From Gammaproteobacteria bacterium (lineage in GTDB: Bacteria; Pseudomonadota; Gammaproteobacteria; UBA4575), in contig OY730298.1 in NCBI GenBank assembly GCA_963422595.1, positions 612,861 to 676,860 of the forward strand: 64,000 nucleotides of DNA. Reading direction: 5' to 3'. The notes under the pieces were generated by a model. That model was not told the origin of the DNA. It ran no database searches and saw only the letters and a program-made list of their open reading frames with translations. Below are positions 8,741 through 18,970 of this stretch, in pieces (position 1 is the stretch's first letter; every line of letters begins with the position of its first letter). The translations under genes were made by a program, and so were the position numbers.

Positions 8741-10870
8741 TTAACTACGCTGCCAAGCGTGGTATTTTTGTATCCAATATAATAGTTTTTCAGGCGCGTG
8801 CGTTTTTTTCCACGCCGCCGCCGCATACTTGTTTGCCTCGGCCAAAGTTGGATAAATATGGATGGTGCCAAGTATCTTATTTAAGCCTAGTCCATGTTTC
8901 ATCGCCGCAATATACTCTGTAATCAGCTCTCCTGCATGACTGCCTGCAATGGTTACGCCAAGTATTTTATCTTTTCCTGCGGGTGTGATAATCTTTACTA
9001 TGCCACTTGCACGTGCGTCAATTATGGCGCGATCCAGATCAGAGACGTCATATCGCGTCACTTCAAACTCAATGTTTTGTGTGCGTGCGTCCTGCTCGTT
9101 CAAGCCCACTCGCGCCACTTCCGGATCAGTAAAAGTGCACCAGGGTATTATAGAATAATCGACGCGGAATTTTTTAATGTGCCCGAATAAGGCATTAACG
9201 CTGGCATACCAGGCCTGATGCGCCGCGGCATGCGTAAACTCATAGCGGCTGGCAACGTCCCCGCAGGCATAAATATTAGGATAATTCGTTTGTAAAAATT
9301 CATTTAATTCTAATTTTCCATTTTTAGTAAGCCTGATTTTCAGGTTCTCATCCCAGACACTATGCGTAGTCGCACGGCGTCCTGTTGCAACCAGTAAGAT
9401 GTCAAATGGCACCTCAATGGTTTTGTTTTTATGCTCGCAGTGCAATAAATTTGAACCTTTATGCCGTGTCACCTGCGCGGCAGTATGACGGGTGAGAATT
9501 TGAACACCATCTTTATTAAGGCTATCGGCAACCATGGTGGAAATTTCCGCGTCTTCGCGCGGCATGATCCTGGGCGTCATTTCAATTAGCGAGACTTGTG
9601 TGCCAAAGCGCGCGAAGCACTGCGCCAGTTCACAACCAATAGGGCCTCCTCCCAGTATTACCATGTGTCCTGGCAACTCGGTTAAATTCCAAATTGTGTC
9701 CGAAGTGCGAAAATCTACTGTTTCCAGACCCGGGATGTCAGGAATAAAAGGTTCGGCGCCAGTAGCGAGAATAATATTCCTGCCAGTTACTGTTGTTCCA
9801 TTCACCGCAACTGTCCACGGGTCTTTTAACGTTGCCTCTCCATGAATACATTCGACCCCTAATTTTGTATAACGTTCGACAGAGTCATGAGGTGCAATTT
9901 TTTTAATCGTTTGATGCACGTGCTGCATGACATCCTTGAAATCGAATTCTATATCCACCGGTTTACAGCCATATTGCGTGGCCCGTTTCACTTGAGCAAT
10001 AAAGTTCGCTGATTGTATTAACGCCTTTGAAGGCACACACCCTGTATGTAAGCAGTCACCCCCCATTTTATGTTTCTCAATAAGGGTAACCTTAGCCTTA
10101 ACCGCGGCAGCAATATAAGCCGCAACTAATCCCCCTGAACCGGCGCCAATTACGATAACGTTACGATCAAATTTTTTAGGCTTGGTAAAATTCGCATAGC
10201 TATGCCGAGCTTTAATTATTGCTATCATTTTTCTACCCAGCCAGGGGAAGGCCGCCAATAGTACCAACGCAAATATAATTTCTGGTGCTAATATCCCATG
10301 CAGTGAATCAAGTTTTGCAAGCTGGGTGCCGACGTTTACAAGCACCAGTGATGCTGCGATCATGCCGAGAAAGCTCACGACAAAAAAATGTAGCGTACCC
10401 ATGCTGGTAAGTCCCATGACTAAATTAATAACCATGAAAGGAAAGACAGGGATTAAGCGGAGGGTAAATAAATATAGCGCGCCATCTCTTTCAATACCTT
10501 TATTAACGGCGCGTAATTTGTCGCCAAAATGATGTTGCGCGAAATCACGAAAAATATAACGTGAAAGCAGGAATGCAAGCGTTGCCCCTATGGTTGCTGC
10601 GGGTAATACAATAAATACGCCTAAAAATAATCCAAATATTGCCCCCGCGAGTATGGATAGAATCCCTGCCCCTGGCACAGACAAGGCAGCGGTGGCAGTG
10701 TATATCAGGAAAAATATCAGGATAGTCCTGACAGGATAGGCATGAAAGTAGTCGGTGATAAGTTGCTGCTTTGACTTGACATAGGCAAAGTCAAGATACT
10801 GCTGCAAGTCAAAAATGAGAAATCCGGCAACTAAAATAGCAATAACCAGCAGAGCAATTACTTTTTTCAT
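8741..10870 (-). CDS. Bifunctional TVP38/TMEM64 (DedA-like) membrane domain fused to a class I FAD-dependent pyridine nucleotide-disulfide oxidoreductase (mercuric reductase / dihydrolipoamide dehydrogenase-like)
   Basis: 709 aa. N-terminal roughly 220 aa with multiple TM helices of DedA/TVP38 type. Then GAGSGG FAD motif, GGDCLHTGCVPSK redox-active disulfide, and a C-terminal HxYPTLxE dimerisation motif. No MerA C-terminal Cys pair. Confidence 0.85.
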   Translation of the reverse strand: MKKVIALLVIAILVAGFLIFDLQQYLDFAYVKSKQQLITDYFHAYPVRTILIFFLIYTATAALSVPGAGILSILAGAIFGLFLGVFIVLPAATIGATLAFLLSRYIFRDFAQHHFGDKLRAVNKGIERDGALYLFTLRLIPVFPFMVINLVMGLTSMGTLHFFVVSFLGMIAASLVLVNVGTQLAKLDSLHGILAPEIIFALVLLAAFPWLGRKMIAIIKARHSYANFTKPKKFDRNVIVIGAGSGGLVAAYIAAAVKAKVTLIEKHKMGGDCLHTGCVPSKALIQSANFIAQVKRATQYGCKPVDIEFDFKDVMQHVHQTIKKIAPHDSVERYTKLGVECIHGEATLKDPWTVAVNGTTVTGRNIILATGAEPFIPDIPGLETVDFRTSDTIWNLTELPGHMVILGGGPIGCELAQCFARFGTQVSLIEMTPRIMPREDAEISTMVADSLNKDGVQILTRHTAAQVTRHKGSNLLHCEHKNKTIEVPFDILLVATGRRATTHSVWDENLKIRLTKNGKLELNEFLQTNYPNIYACGDVASRYEFTHAAAHQAWYASVNALFGHIKKFRVDYSIIPWCTFTDPEVARVGLNEQDARTQNIEFEVTRYDVSDLDRAIIDARASGIVKIITPAGKDKILGVTIAGSHAGELITEYIAAMKHGLGLNKILGTIHIYPTLAEANKYAAAAWKKTHAPEKLLYWIQKYHAWQRS

Positions 10871-10973
10871 TATAATTAAAGCGCATCTGTGGGGTTGATT
10901 AATTAAGCAAAAACATATTCAGTCTGTAAGCTATGGCTGCGATACCAAGCTGCATTCACAATATACCTCTGTT

Positions 10974-11918
10974 ATGCGTTTAGCCACCTGTAAATACAAC
11001 AATCGCGTCCATCTTGCCGTGGTGCGCGATGATCTTGTGCTGATGCCAACAACGAGTTCTGATTGGCCAACCGGTCTGCACGGCATGCTACAACTAATCG
11101 ATAATTGCGAACGGGCCTTACCGGATTTGCGTGCATTTATTAATCAGGCCAACCCTGATCAATGGCTGCCTTTATCGGAGATAGAACTATTGTCACCGAT
11201 TCCAAGACCACGGCAAAATATCATGTGTCTTGGTTGGAACTATACAGAGCACGTCGAAGAAACCACTGGCAACCCATTAGAGGCGCCCAAGCTGCCCAAA
11301 TACCCCATTGTGTTCACTAAAGCTGTGTCAAGCATGAATGGGCCCTATGCCGAAGTTCCCGTGAACCTTGAGGTTTCAAATAAAATGGATTGGGAAATTG
11401 AGCTGGGTGTCATTATTGGTAAGGGTGGCAAGGGAATTTCACGCGCGCGCGCGCTTGAGCACGTGTTTGGGTATACCGTCATTAATGATATATCGGCCCG
11501 CGATTATCAAAAACGGCACCAGCAATTTTTTATCGGCAAGAGCTTCACTGGGGCCTGTCCAATGGGCCCATGGATAGTTACTGCCGATGAAATTCCTGAC
11601 CCGCAAACACTCGATTTACAAAGTCGGGTAAATGATCAGATTAAGCAAAGCTCGAATACAAAATATCAGATTTTTGACGTTGCAACGGTTATTGCAAGCC
11701 TGTCACAGGGCATGGTACTGGAAGCCGGGGATATTATTGCCACGGGCACGCCAGGTGGTGTGGGATATGCGCGTAACCCACCGGAATATCTAATGCCAGG
11801 CGACGTGGTGGAATGCGCAATAGAATCTATTGGAGTGATACGCAATGTAATTACCGCGGCAAATCCGGACCACGACCATAGTAAATCTGAAGTATTATCC
11901 CACCGTATAACTAAGTAG
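10974..11918 (+). CDS. Fumarylacetoacetate hydrolase (FAH) family protein
   Basis: 314 aa. FAH-domain pattern (…GKSFTGACPMGPW…GTPGGVG…). Confidence 0.75.
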   Translation: MRLATCKYNNRVHLAVVRDDLVLMPTTSSDWPTGLHGMLQLIDNCERALPDLRAFINQANPDQWLPLSEIELLSPIPRPRQNIMCLGWNYTEHVEETTGNPLEAPKLPKYPIVFTKAVSSMNGPYAEVPVNLEVSNKMDWEIELGVIIGKGGKGISRARALEHVFGYTVINDISARDYQKRHQQFFIGKSFTGACPMGPWIVTADEIPDPQTLDLQSRVNDQIKQSSNTKYQIFDVATVIASLSQGMVLEAGDIIATGTPGGVGYARNPPEYLMPGDVVECAIESIGVIRNVITAANPDHDHSKSEVLSHRITK

Positions 11919-11925
11919 CTGAACA

Positions 11926-12516
11926 ATGAACATTAAAGAGCGTATAAGAGCGATACTTTTACAGGAAGCACAGGCAATATCGTCAATTCCGGTAACGGAT
12001 GACTTTGAGCGTGCCATCCATCTGCTAAAGGACTGTAAGGGCAAAGTGCTCACTACTGGCATGGGCAAGGCCGGTCATATTGCCAATAAATTTTCGGCAA
12101 CCCTATGTTCAACCGGAACCCCTGCATCATTTGTACATCCGGGAGAAGCCGCGCATGGAGACTTGGGACTAATTGGGGAAAATGATGCCATTGTAGCGTT
12201 TTCGACGAGTGGCAAAACCCGGGAAGTCTTAAATATGTTAGTTGCAGGGCGTGAACTTGGACTACGTACCGTAATTGCGATCACTGCGCATCCGCAGTCC
12301 ACGCTACGCGAATTAAGTGATGTAGTCATTGACATGGGCGTGATTAAAGAAGCCTGCCGACTGGATTTAACGCCAACCTCAAGTACGGCGGCGATGCTCG
12401 CGATTAGTGATGCACTGGCCCTGGCGTTAATGGAACTCAAAGAATTTACTCGGGAAGATTTTGGCATGCGTCACCACGGTGGTTATCTTGGCAGGAAAGC
12501 CCGTAATGCAGACTAA
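11926..12516 (+). CDS. SIS-domain sugar-phosphate isomerase (KdsD/GutQ-like, lacking the CBS pair)
   Basis: 196 aa. GMGKAGHIANKFSATLCSTGTPASFVHPGEAAHGDLG is the arabinose-5-phosphate-isomerase-type SIS motif. No CBS domains follow. Confidence 0.7.
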   Translation: MNIKERIRAILLQEAQAISSIPVTDDFERAIHLLKDCKGKVLTTGMGKAGHIANKFSATLCSTGTPASFVHPGEAAHGDLGLIGENDAIVAFSTSGKTREVLNMLVAGRELGLRTVIAITAHPQSTLRELSDVVIDMGVIKEACRLDLTPTSSTAAMLAISDALALALMELKEFTREDFGMRHHGGYLGRKARNAD

Positions 12517-13034
12517 TGCTTCCCGTATATTATATGGCGCGTAAACTAACGCTTGTTCGTCATGCAAAATCAAGTTGGGACAATGCGGATCTGCGGGATT
12601 TTGATCGCCCGCTTAACAGGCGAGGATTTAAGCATGCGTCTGCAATGGGTAACCGCCTGGCAAACAATAACTATAGCGTTGACGTTATAATTTCGAGTCC
12701 TGCGGTTCGGGCGATCATTACTGCTGAATTGATCGCTGGCGAAATCGGTTTTGATAAAAACAATATTCTTTGCAAGCCGGAGATTTACGCAGCTGGATTA
12801 CATACGCTACTAAACGTAATAACTAATATAGATGACAAACATGAGCACGCCATGTTGGTGGGGCATAATCCCGGGTGTACGTGCTTATATAATTATCTGT
12901 GTGATGCTTGCGTTGACAACGTGCCGACCTGTAGCGTGGTTCAAATCGCATTCAATACGCATACGTGGCAAGGTACTTCTGAGCACAGTGGCAAAATAAT
13001 TGACTTTGATTTTCCCAAAAAAACAAATAAGTAA
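12516..13034 (+). CDS. Histidine phosphatase superfamily protein (SixA-like phosphohistidine phosphatase)
   Basis: LTLVRHAKS (RHG-type catalytic motif) near the N-terminus. The true start may be the ATG at 12534. The start overlaps the upstream stop (TAATG). Confidence 0.65.
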   Translation: MLPVYYMARKLTLVRHAKSSWDNADLRDFDRPLNRRGFKHASAMGNRLANNNYSVDVIISSPAVRAIITAELIAGEIGFDKNNILCKPEIYAAGLHTLLNVITNIDDKHEHAMLVGHNPGCTCLYNYLCDACVDNVPTCSVVQIAFNTHTWQGTSEHSGKIIDFDFPKKTNK

Positions 13035-13145
13035 CGTAGACAAATCTAACTACTTATCGTGTTACGACACCTTCTGGCTAATTGTGCAAACGCTCCGAAA
13101 AGCACAAGCCGGCAATAATGTTGAGTATCAGCACTGAACAGACCA

Positions 13146-13889
13146 TTACCAATAACTTTCAGTGGTGATATGCCCCGGGCTTCTCCTCAGGTTTTTCTGC
13201 AAGCCTTTTTCTTTCAGCGCGTTGCGCGTATCAACAAGCATGTTTGGATTACCGCACAGCATCACTTGAGAATTGTCAGCATGGATTGTCATACCTGCTT
13301 TACTTTCAAGTGTGCCGTTGTTAATTGCGGCGGGAATGCGCCCGCTCAATGAAAAACCCGTTGGTTCCCGACTCACAAAGGTTATCATCTTAAATCGTTC
13401 TTTATATTCCTCACCAAATTGCAGGATAGTGTCCTGATAGGTTAATTCTTTTACATATCGAACCGCATGCACCAGTACTATGTTTTCAAAACGCTCCCAG
13501 GCTTCGCCAGATTTTAATATGGATAAAAAAGGCCCGATTGCAGTACCCGTGGACAACATCCAGATATCTTTGCCATGCGGAACCTCATTCAAGGTGAAAA
13601 AACCGTTTGCGCGTTTATCAATCCATATTGAATCGCCAGCGCGTAATGTGCATAGCCTGGGCGACAGCACTCCTTGTGCAACTACTACGGAGTAAAACTC
13701 ATAAATATCTTCATCGGGGGAATTCACAAAGGAATAAGGTCGTCCCACAATTTGATTATCAATGTTCAGGCCCAGGCGACCATACTGACCGGCAATAAAT
13801 GGATCAATCTTTGCCTCTATACGTAAAGAATAAAGCAGATCAGTCCAATGCCTGTTTTCAACTACCTTCCCTTGAATCCAATTACCCAT
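13146..13889 (-). CDS. fpr: Ferredoxin-NADP(+) reductase (Fpr-type FAD/NAD-binding)
   Basis: 247 aa. RPYSF FAD-binding motif and GTGIGPF NAD-binding motif. Confidence 0.8.
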   Translation of the reverse strand: MGNWIQGKVVENRHWTDLLYSLRIEAKIDPFIAGQYGRLGLNIDNQIVGRPYSFVNSPDEDIYEFYSVVVAQGVLSPRLCTLRAGDSIWIDKRANGFFTLNEVPHGKDIWMLSTGTAIGPFLSILKSGEAWERFENIVLVHAVRYVKELTYQDTILQFGEEYKERFKMITFVSREPTGFSLSGRIPAAINNGTLESKAGMTIHADNSQVMLCGNPNMLVDTRNALKEKGLQKNLRRSPGHITTESYW

Positions 13890-14212
13890 TCAGATTTATC
13901 TTGATTAAATACGTATGAACTGCAACGTAGTGATGCAATAAGTAACACAACTATTTGCGCCGTGCTGCCGCTTTAGTGGCAATTAAATATCCAGGCAACC
14001 CAGTCTATCACGAGCCAGACAAAAGTTTTGATTGCTACCAAGATGTCTGTTTTGGTAAAGCAACCTTCAGACGCAATACCATCACTCCCCATAGTAACCG
14101 TAAATTCCTGCCACCATAAATACCCCTGATTTTACCTGCTGTCAGCGCCCTCCTGCGGGCGTGCTCACAAAGGTATGCAGCAGGCCCTGAAATCCATTCA
14201 CGTCATCCCTGC

Positions 14213-14548
14213 TTATGGTTCTTTGGGCTCATTCGGACAAATTTCAATTCGGTCATTGTTGATGCGGACGGCATAACGCCTTAAGGCCTCTGTTGCGGGC
14301 TCTTCCGTGGGTCGTCCGGTACACACGTTAAAGCGGCTGCCATGCAGTGTGCAGCTGATTAACTCACCCTTGAGGCAACCGAGAGACAGAGAAGAATCTT
14401 CATGGGTGCACATATCATCAACGGCATATATTTTGCCTTCCACGTTGGCAAGTAAGATAGCGCCTGTCGGCGTGGTAATTTTTAAGGTGTGCCCCGGCGA
14501 AAGCTCTGCAAGTGACGCAACGTCGATGTATTTCGATGGCGAATTCAT
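14213..14548 (-). CDS. Rieske [2Fe-2S] ferredoxin-like protein (NirD / dioxygenase ferredoxin type)
   Basis: 111 aa. CTHEDSSLSLGC … CTLHGSRF = CxH…CxxH Rieske ligands. Confidence 0.75.
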   Translation of the reverse strand: MNSPSKYIDVASLAELSPGHTLKITTPTGAILLANVEGKIYAVDDMCTHEDSSLSLGCLKGELISCTLHGSRFNVCTGRPTEEPATEALRRYAVRINNDRIEICPNEPKEP

Positions 14549-14598
14549 TTAATCTGATCAAGGCTTATAATCATTGGTAAAGTAACTCAAAGTGAATC

Positions 14599-14838
14599 AT
14601 GCCGTACTTTATTTATAAAATCACATCAGGTTCTACCGGGCGCATTAAAAACCTTGAGCTTATTGATAAACATGATGCCTTCAAACAAGCCAAAAAATTT
14701 ATTCGACAACAGCGCGCCGCATCTGCAATGGACAACAGAACCGCGATTAAAATGGTATTTGCTCAGCATGAGCTTGAGGCCGAACAACGGCTGCGTGAAC
14801 CACGCAATGCACCAATCTTAAGGGAATGGGAAAAATAA
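14599..14838 (+). CDS. Hypothetical small protein
   Basis: 79-aa ORF in an otherwise gene-free gap. No recognisable motif. Confidence 0.3.
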   Translation: MPYFIYKITSGSTGRIKNLELIDKHDAFKQAKKFIRQQRAASAMDNRTAIKMVFAQHELEAEQRLREPRNAPILREWEK

Positions 14839-14886
14839 CAGACGTGTACGTATTCAACGCCAGCTCTTATATAGCACCGAAGTCAA

Positions 14887-15348
14887 ATGGATGAACAACA
14901 ATACAAAGCTACTTATAACAGTATTAATCCGCAACGCTGCGTGTTTGAAAAGGCAATTAACTCCCGTGTTTGTAATTGCAGTAAGGCACAGCGTTTCAAT
15001 CTGGCAGATCGTGAAGGTGTCGCCTGTACCTCCATACAAGGGCTGGAACGCTGTAGCCAGCTTATTTCCTCGCTGCGCAACAACGCCCGTTTTGCCTTAC
15101 GACGTTTAAGCGTTGACAAAGCACTGGCACATACGGAAGAGATTAAAGTGCAAAATGGTGGCTTACTGGGGCTGCAATCCAAAATTGAAAAGCATGCGCA
15201 TCCTACCGTTACAGATATATACGCCCTTATCACCAGTGCCAGGAAAAAGTTTAATAATTTGCAGGATTTTCCGTATTCAAAACTTATGCAAGTAATCGCT
15301 ACCTATAAAATTCGTAACCGCCGCAACCCGCCCCGACCCAAAAAATAG
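14887..15348 (+). CDS. Hypothetical protein (Cys-containing, basic C-terminus)
   Basis: 153-aa ORF, no recognisable family. Confidence 0.35.
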   Translation: MDEQQYKATYNSINPQRCVFEKAINSRVCNCSKAQRFNLADREGVACTSIQGLERCSQLISSLRNNARFALRRLSVDKALAHTEEIKVQNGGLLGLQSKIEKHAHPTVTDIYALITSARKKFNNLQDFPYSKLMQVIATYKIRNRRNPPRPKK

Positions 15349-15370
15349 CGACAGCCGAGCAGGGGCGACG

Positions 15371-15952
15371 TTGACAAAATTAGATCGATTATTGGCACAA
15401 GTACGATCCTGTACCGTTTGCGAATCCACGTTACCGCTGGGCCCCAATCCGGTTTTACGCGCTAAACGCAGTGCCCGGATTCTTATTGTCGGGCAAGCCC
15501 CCGGTATTAAAGTACATGAGAGCAGCATTCCCTGGAATGATGCAAGCGGTAAGCGTTTACGTGAGTGGATGAATATAAATGACGCGATATTCTACGACGA
15601 GACCAGAATCGCCATCATCCCCATGGGTTTTTGTTACCCCGGCAAAGGTAAGTCAGGTGACCTGCCGCCACGTAAAGAGTGCGCGCAGTTATGGCATCAG
15701 AAATTACTCAATTTATTGCCCAATATTCAACTTACCCTACTCGTGGGCCAGTACGCGCACAAACATTATTTAACCGATATTGGGGCTACACTTGCCGAGA
15801 CCGTTAAAAGCTGGCGAACATATGTGCCCGAATATTTTCCTTTGCCTCACCCGTCGCCCCGAAATATAAGATGGATGAGACAAAACAGCTGGTTTGAATC
15901 CGAAACTGTCCCGCAATTACGCAAACAGGTTCGTTCGACATTAGGTGCGTAG
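15371..15952 (+). CDS. Uracil-DNA glycosylase superfamily protein (family 4/5-like)
   Basis: 193 aa. CTVCE…ILIVGQAPG (GQAPG-type motif A) and a C-terminal HPSP motif. Confidence 0.8.
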   Translation: MTKLDRLLAQVRSCTVCESTLPLGPNPVLRAKRSARILIVGQAPGIKVHESSIPWNDASGKRLREWMNINDAIFYDETRIAIIPMGFCYPGKGKSGDLPPRKECAQLWHQKLLNLLPNIQLTLLVGQYAHKHYLTDIGATLAETVKSWRTYVPEYFPLPHPSPRNIRWMRQNSWFESETVPQLRKQVRSTLGA

Positions 15953-16208
15953 CGTGTGTTAAATCGAAGCTCCGCGAAATATGTTTTTGGGAATGCGGCA
16001 GGCGCGACCAAAGCGTGTTCGTCACTACTGCCAACTTCACAAGTTCCGTCAAAGATTACGTGACGAAAGTCCAAAACGCATAATTCTGATAGACGGTAAA
16101 GAACTCGCTCGTCCCATGGTCAGGTACAATATCAGCGTGCACTTAAAGATAAGTCATCAAATCAAGCGGATCGACGAAGACTACTTCGATCAGGAAACCC
16201 TTTAGATC

Positions 16209-18968
16209 ATGCGCCTGTCGTGGAACGAGGTTCGCGCACGCGCCGCTGCCTTTGCAGATGACTGGCGCGAAGCGGCCTACGAGAAGGGCGAGATGCAAAG
16301 CTTCTATAACGACTTCTTCAAGGTGTTTGGGGTCCGCCGCCGCACCGTGGCGCGCTACGAGGCGCATGTCGCCACACTGGACAACCGCTCGGGCTTCATC
16401 GATCTGTTCTGGCCCGGCGTCCTGATCGTCGAGCAGAAGAGCACCGGGCGCAACCTGAAGGCGGCCTACGCGCAGGCCGGAGAGTATTTCGACGCCCTGC
16501 CCGAGCGCGACCGCCCGCGTTACATCCTGGTCAGCGACTTCCAGACCTTCGAGCTTCACGATCTGGACGAGCGGGATGTCGTCTCCTTCGCGCTGGCGGA
16601 ACTGCCTGCCCATGTCGAGGCATTCGGCTTCATCCTGGGTGTGCAACGTCGTACCTTTCGCGACCAGGACCCGGTCAATGTCCAGGCATCGGAACTGGTG
16701 GGGCATTTGCATGATGCCCTCAAAGCATCCGGTTATGGCGGCCATAATCTGGAATTGTTCCTGGTGCGGATCGTGTTTTGCCTGTTTGCCGACGATACGG
16801 GCATATTTGAACCGCGCGATATTTTCCTCGACTTCATTGAGACTCGCACGGGCGAGGATGGCGCCGATCTTGGGCCGTGGCTATCGCAACTGTTCCAGGT
16901 GCTCGATACGCCGGAGAACAACCGCACGGCGACGCTGGACGAAGACCTTGCCCAGTTCCCCTACGTCAACGGCGATCTGTTCGACGGGCCGCTGCGCATC
17001 CCGTCATTTGATGTTGCCATGCGCGGAGCACTGCTCAACGCCTGTCGCTTCGACTGGTCGAACATCTCGCCCGCGATCTTCGGCGCGTTGTTCCAATCGG
17101 TGATGGACCCGAAAGAGCGTCGCACCCAGGGAGCGCACTACACGACCGAGAAGAACATCCTGAAGGTGATCGAGCCGCTGTTTCTGGACGACTTGCGTGC
17201 CGAATTCGAACGTCTGAAAGCACTGAAGCGTGGCCGCAGGGACAGGCTACGCTCGTTCTGGGAGAAGCTCGGCCGGCTCACCTTTTTTGACCCCGCCTGC
17301 GGCTGCGGTAACTTCCTCATCATCGCTTATCGGGAATTGCGTAGCCTGGAAATAGATGTTATGCGCGAGCTTGGAGAGCTTAATCTGTCGCAGGTGAATG
17401 TCGATCAGTTCTACGGCATTGAGCTTGGCGAGTTCCCGGCCCGCATCGCAGAGGCCGCACTGTGGATGATGGACCACATCATGAACAACCGATTGAGCCT
17501 GGAACTCGGCCACAACTATGCCCGTATCCCGTTGGTAACCTCACCACACATTATTTGCGGTGATGCCCTGGAGACCGACTGGGCAAGCCTGCTGCCGTCG
17601 GAAGACTGCTCGTATGTGTTCGGCAATCCACCTTTTGCGGGTGCGAAATTCCAGACCGCGGAACAGCGCGCCCAGGTGCGAAAGATTGCCGCGCTGGGCA
17701 AGTCCGGCGGCACGCTCGACTACGTGAGCGCGTGGTTCATCAAGGCGGGGGAGTACACCACGCGCGGCCATGCCCGCGTCGGCTTCGTCGCCACCAACTC
17801 GATCACCCAGGGCGAGCAGGTGGCGCAACTGTGGCCGATCCTGTTCGAGCGCGGCGGGCTGGAGATCGCCTTCGCACACCGCACCTTCGCCTGGGGGTCG
17901 GACGCGCGCGGCAAGGCGCACGTGCACGTGGTGATCATTGGTCTCAACCGGCGGGAGGCGGCCCGGCCCGAGAAGCGTCTGTTCAGCTATCCCGATGTCA
18001 ACGGCGAATCGGAGGAGACCCGCCACGCCGTGCTGTCGCCCTACCTGTTCGACGCTGGCGGGCTCGCCGATCCTCATCTTGTGGTGCAGGAAGAAAGCAG
18101 GCCGATCAACGGGATGAAGGCTCTTGCGTTTGGTACACAGCCTTTGGAAGATGGGAATCTTACATTTTCGACGGAAGAGAAAAACTTGTTCATCGAGACG
18201 GAGCCAGAGTCAGTTTCCTACTTCCGACCGTTCGTAGGATCTCGCGAGTTTCTTCAAGGGAAGGAGAGGTGGATTCTCCATACAGCGGATATTCCGATTC
18301 AAAAGCTGCGCCGTATGCCACGGGTTGTTGAAAGACTGGAAGCGGTTCGTAGGTTTCGTTCAATCAGCAGGCGGAAATCTACGCAGCGCTTAGCTGATTA
18401 TCCAACAAGTTACGGTGTAACGATGGTGCCGAATACGGCCTTTCTTGTTGTTCCTCGAGTAAGCTCAGAACGCCGGGACTATGTCCCGACCGGATGGTTA
18501 GCGCCGCCCACGATTCCCAGCGAAGCAACTCTTATGCTGGCGAATGCCACCCTTGCCGATTTCGCCCTGCTGACCTCGGCTATGCACATGGCCTGGCTGC
18601 GCCATATCGGCGGACGGCTGAAGAGCGACTACCGCTATTCCATCGGCCTCGTCTACAACACCTTCCCGACACCGCCCGAAGGCGCGGACCTGTCGAGGTT
18701 GGAGCCGCTGGCCCAAGCCGTGCTCGACGCCCGCGCCGTGCATCCGAACGCGACCCTGTCCGACCTCTACGACCCCGACCTGATACCGCCGAATCTGCGC
18801 CGGGCGCATCAGGCGCTCGACCGCGCCGTGGACCGCCTCTACCGGCGGGGCGGCTTTGTCTCCGAGCGCGAGCGGGTCGAGCATCTGTTCGCGCTTTATG
18901 AGAAGATGCGGTCTCCCTTGGTATCCCGGTTGTCGGCCAAAAAACGGAGGCGACAGAAGGTCAAATAG
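16209..18968 (+). CDS. MmeI-family Type IIL restriction-modification enzyme (single-chain endonuclease + N6A methyltransferase + target-recognition domain)
   Basis: 919 aa. Collinear with the remembered MmeI sequence: N-terminal PD-ExK nuclease (DLFWPGVLIVEQKSTG), FDPACGCGNFL (motif I), FGNPPF (motif IV), and C-terminus …YDP…AHQALDRAVDRLY. About 62% GC versus about 47% in the flanks. Confidence 0.85.
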   Translation: MRLSWNEVRARAAAFADDWREAAYEKGEMQSFYNDFFKVFGVRRRTVARYEAHVATLDNRSGFIDLFWPGVLIVEQKSTGRNLKAAYAQAGEYFDALPERDRPRYILVSDFQTFELHDLDERDVVSFALAELPAHVEAFGFILGVQRRTFRDQDPVNVQASELVGHLHDALKASGYGGHNLELFLVRIVFCLFADDTGIFEPRDIFLDFIETRTGEDGADLGPWLSQLFQVLDTPENNRTATLDEDLAQFPYVNGDLFDGPLRIPSFDVAMRGALLNACRFDWSNISPAIFGALFQSVMDPKERRTQGAHYTTEKNILKVIEPLFLDDLRAEFERLKALKRGRRDRLRSFWEKLGRLTFFDPACGCGNFLIIAYRELRSLEIDVMRELGELNLSQVNVDQFYGIELGEFPARIAEAALWMMDHIMNNRLSLELGHNYARIPLVTSPHIICGDALETDWASLLPSEDCSYVFGNPPFAGAKFQTAEQRAQVRKIAALGKSGGTLDYVSAWFIKAGEYTTRGHARVGFVATNSITQGEQVAQLWPILFERGGLEIAFAHRTFAWGSDARGKAHVHVVIIGLNRREAARPEKRLFSYPDVNGESEETRHAVLSPYLFDAGGLADPHLVVQEESRPINGMKALAFGTQPLEDGNLTFSTEEKNLFIETEPESVSYFRPFVGSREFLQGKERWILHTADIPIQKLRRMPRVVERLEAVRRFRSISRRKSTQRLADYPTSYGVTMVPNTAFLVVPRVSSERRDYVPTGWLAPPTIPSEATLMLANATLADFALLTSAMHMAWLRHIGGRLKSDYRYSIGLVYNTFPTPPEGADLSRLEPLAQAVLDARAVHPNATLSDLYDPDLIPPNLRRAHQALDRAVDRLYRRGGFVSERERVEHLFALYEKMRSPLVSRLSAKKRRRQKVK

Positions 18969-18970
18969 AT

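Noticed and set aside
8741-10870. Calling the FAD-disulfide oxidoreductase domain a true mercuric reductase (MerA)
   Set aside because: The C-terminal vicinal Cys pair and the N-terminal HMA domain required for Hg(II) handling are absent. Only the generic class I CxxxxC redox centre is present.
15981-16205. 74-aa ORF at the left boundary of the island
   Set aside because: It has no ribosome-binding site, a basic low-complexity translation, and is probably boundary scar or non-coding. It was kept in mind only as a possible att/boundary region.
16576-18077. Large overlapping ORFs in other frames or strands within the MmeI-family gene (e.g. 16576-17103 +, 17541-18077 -, 17732-18331 +, 18498-19016 -, 16143-16745 -)
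   Set aside because: High GC content suppresses stop codons. The translations are Arg/Pro/Ala-rich with no motifs, and they overlap a gene with strong collinear homology.
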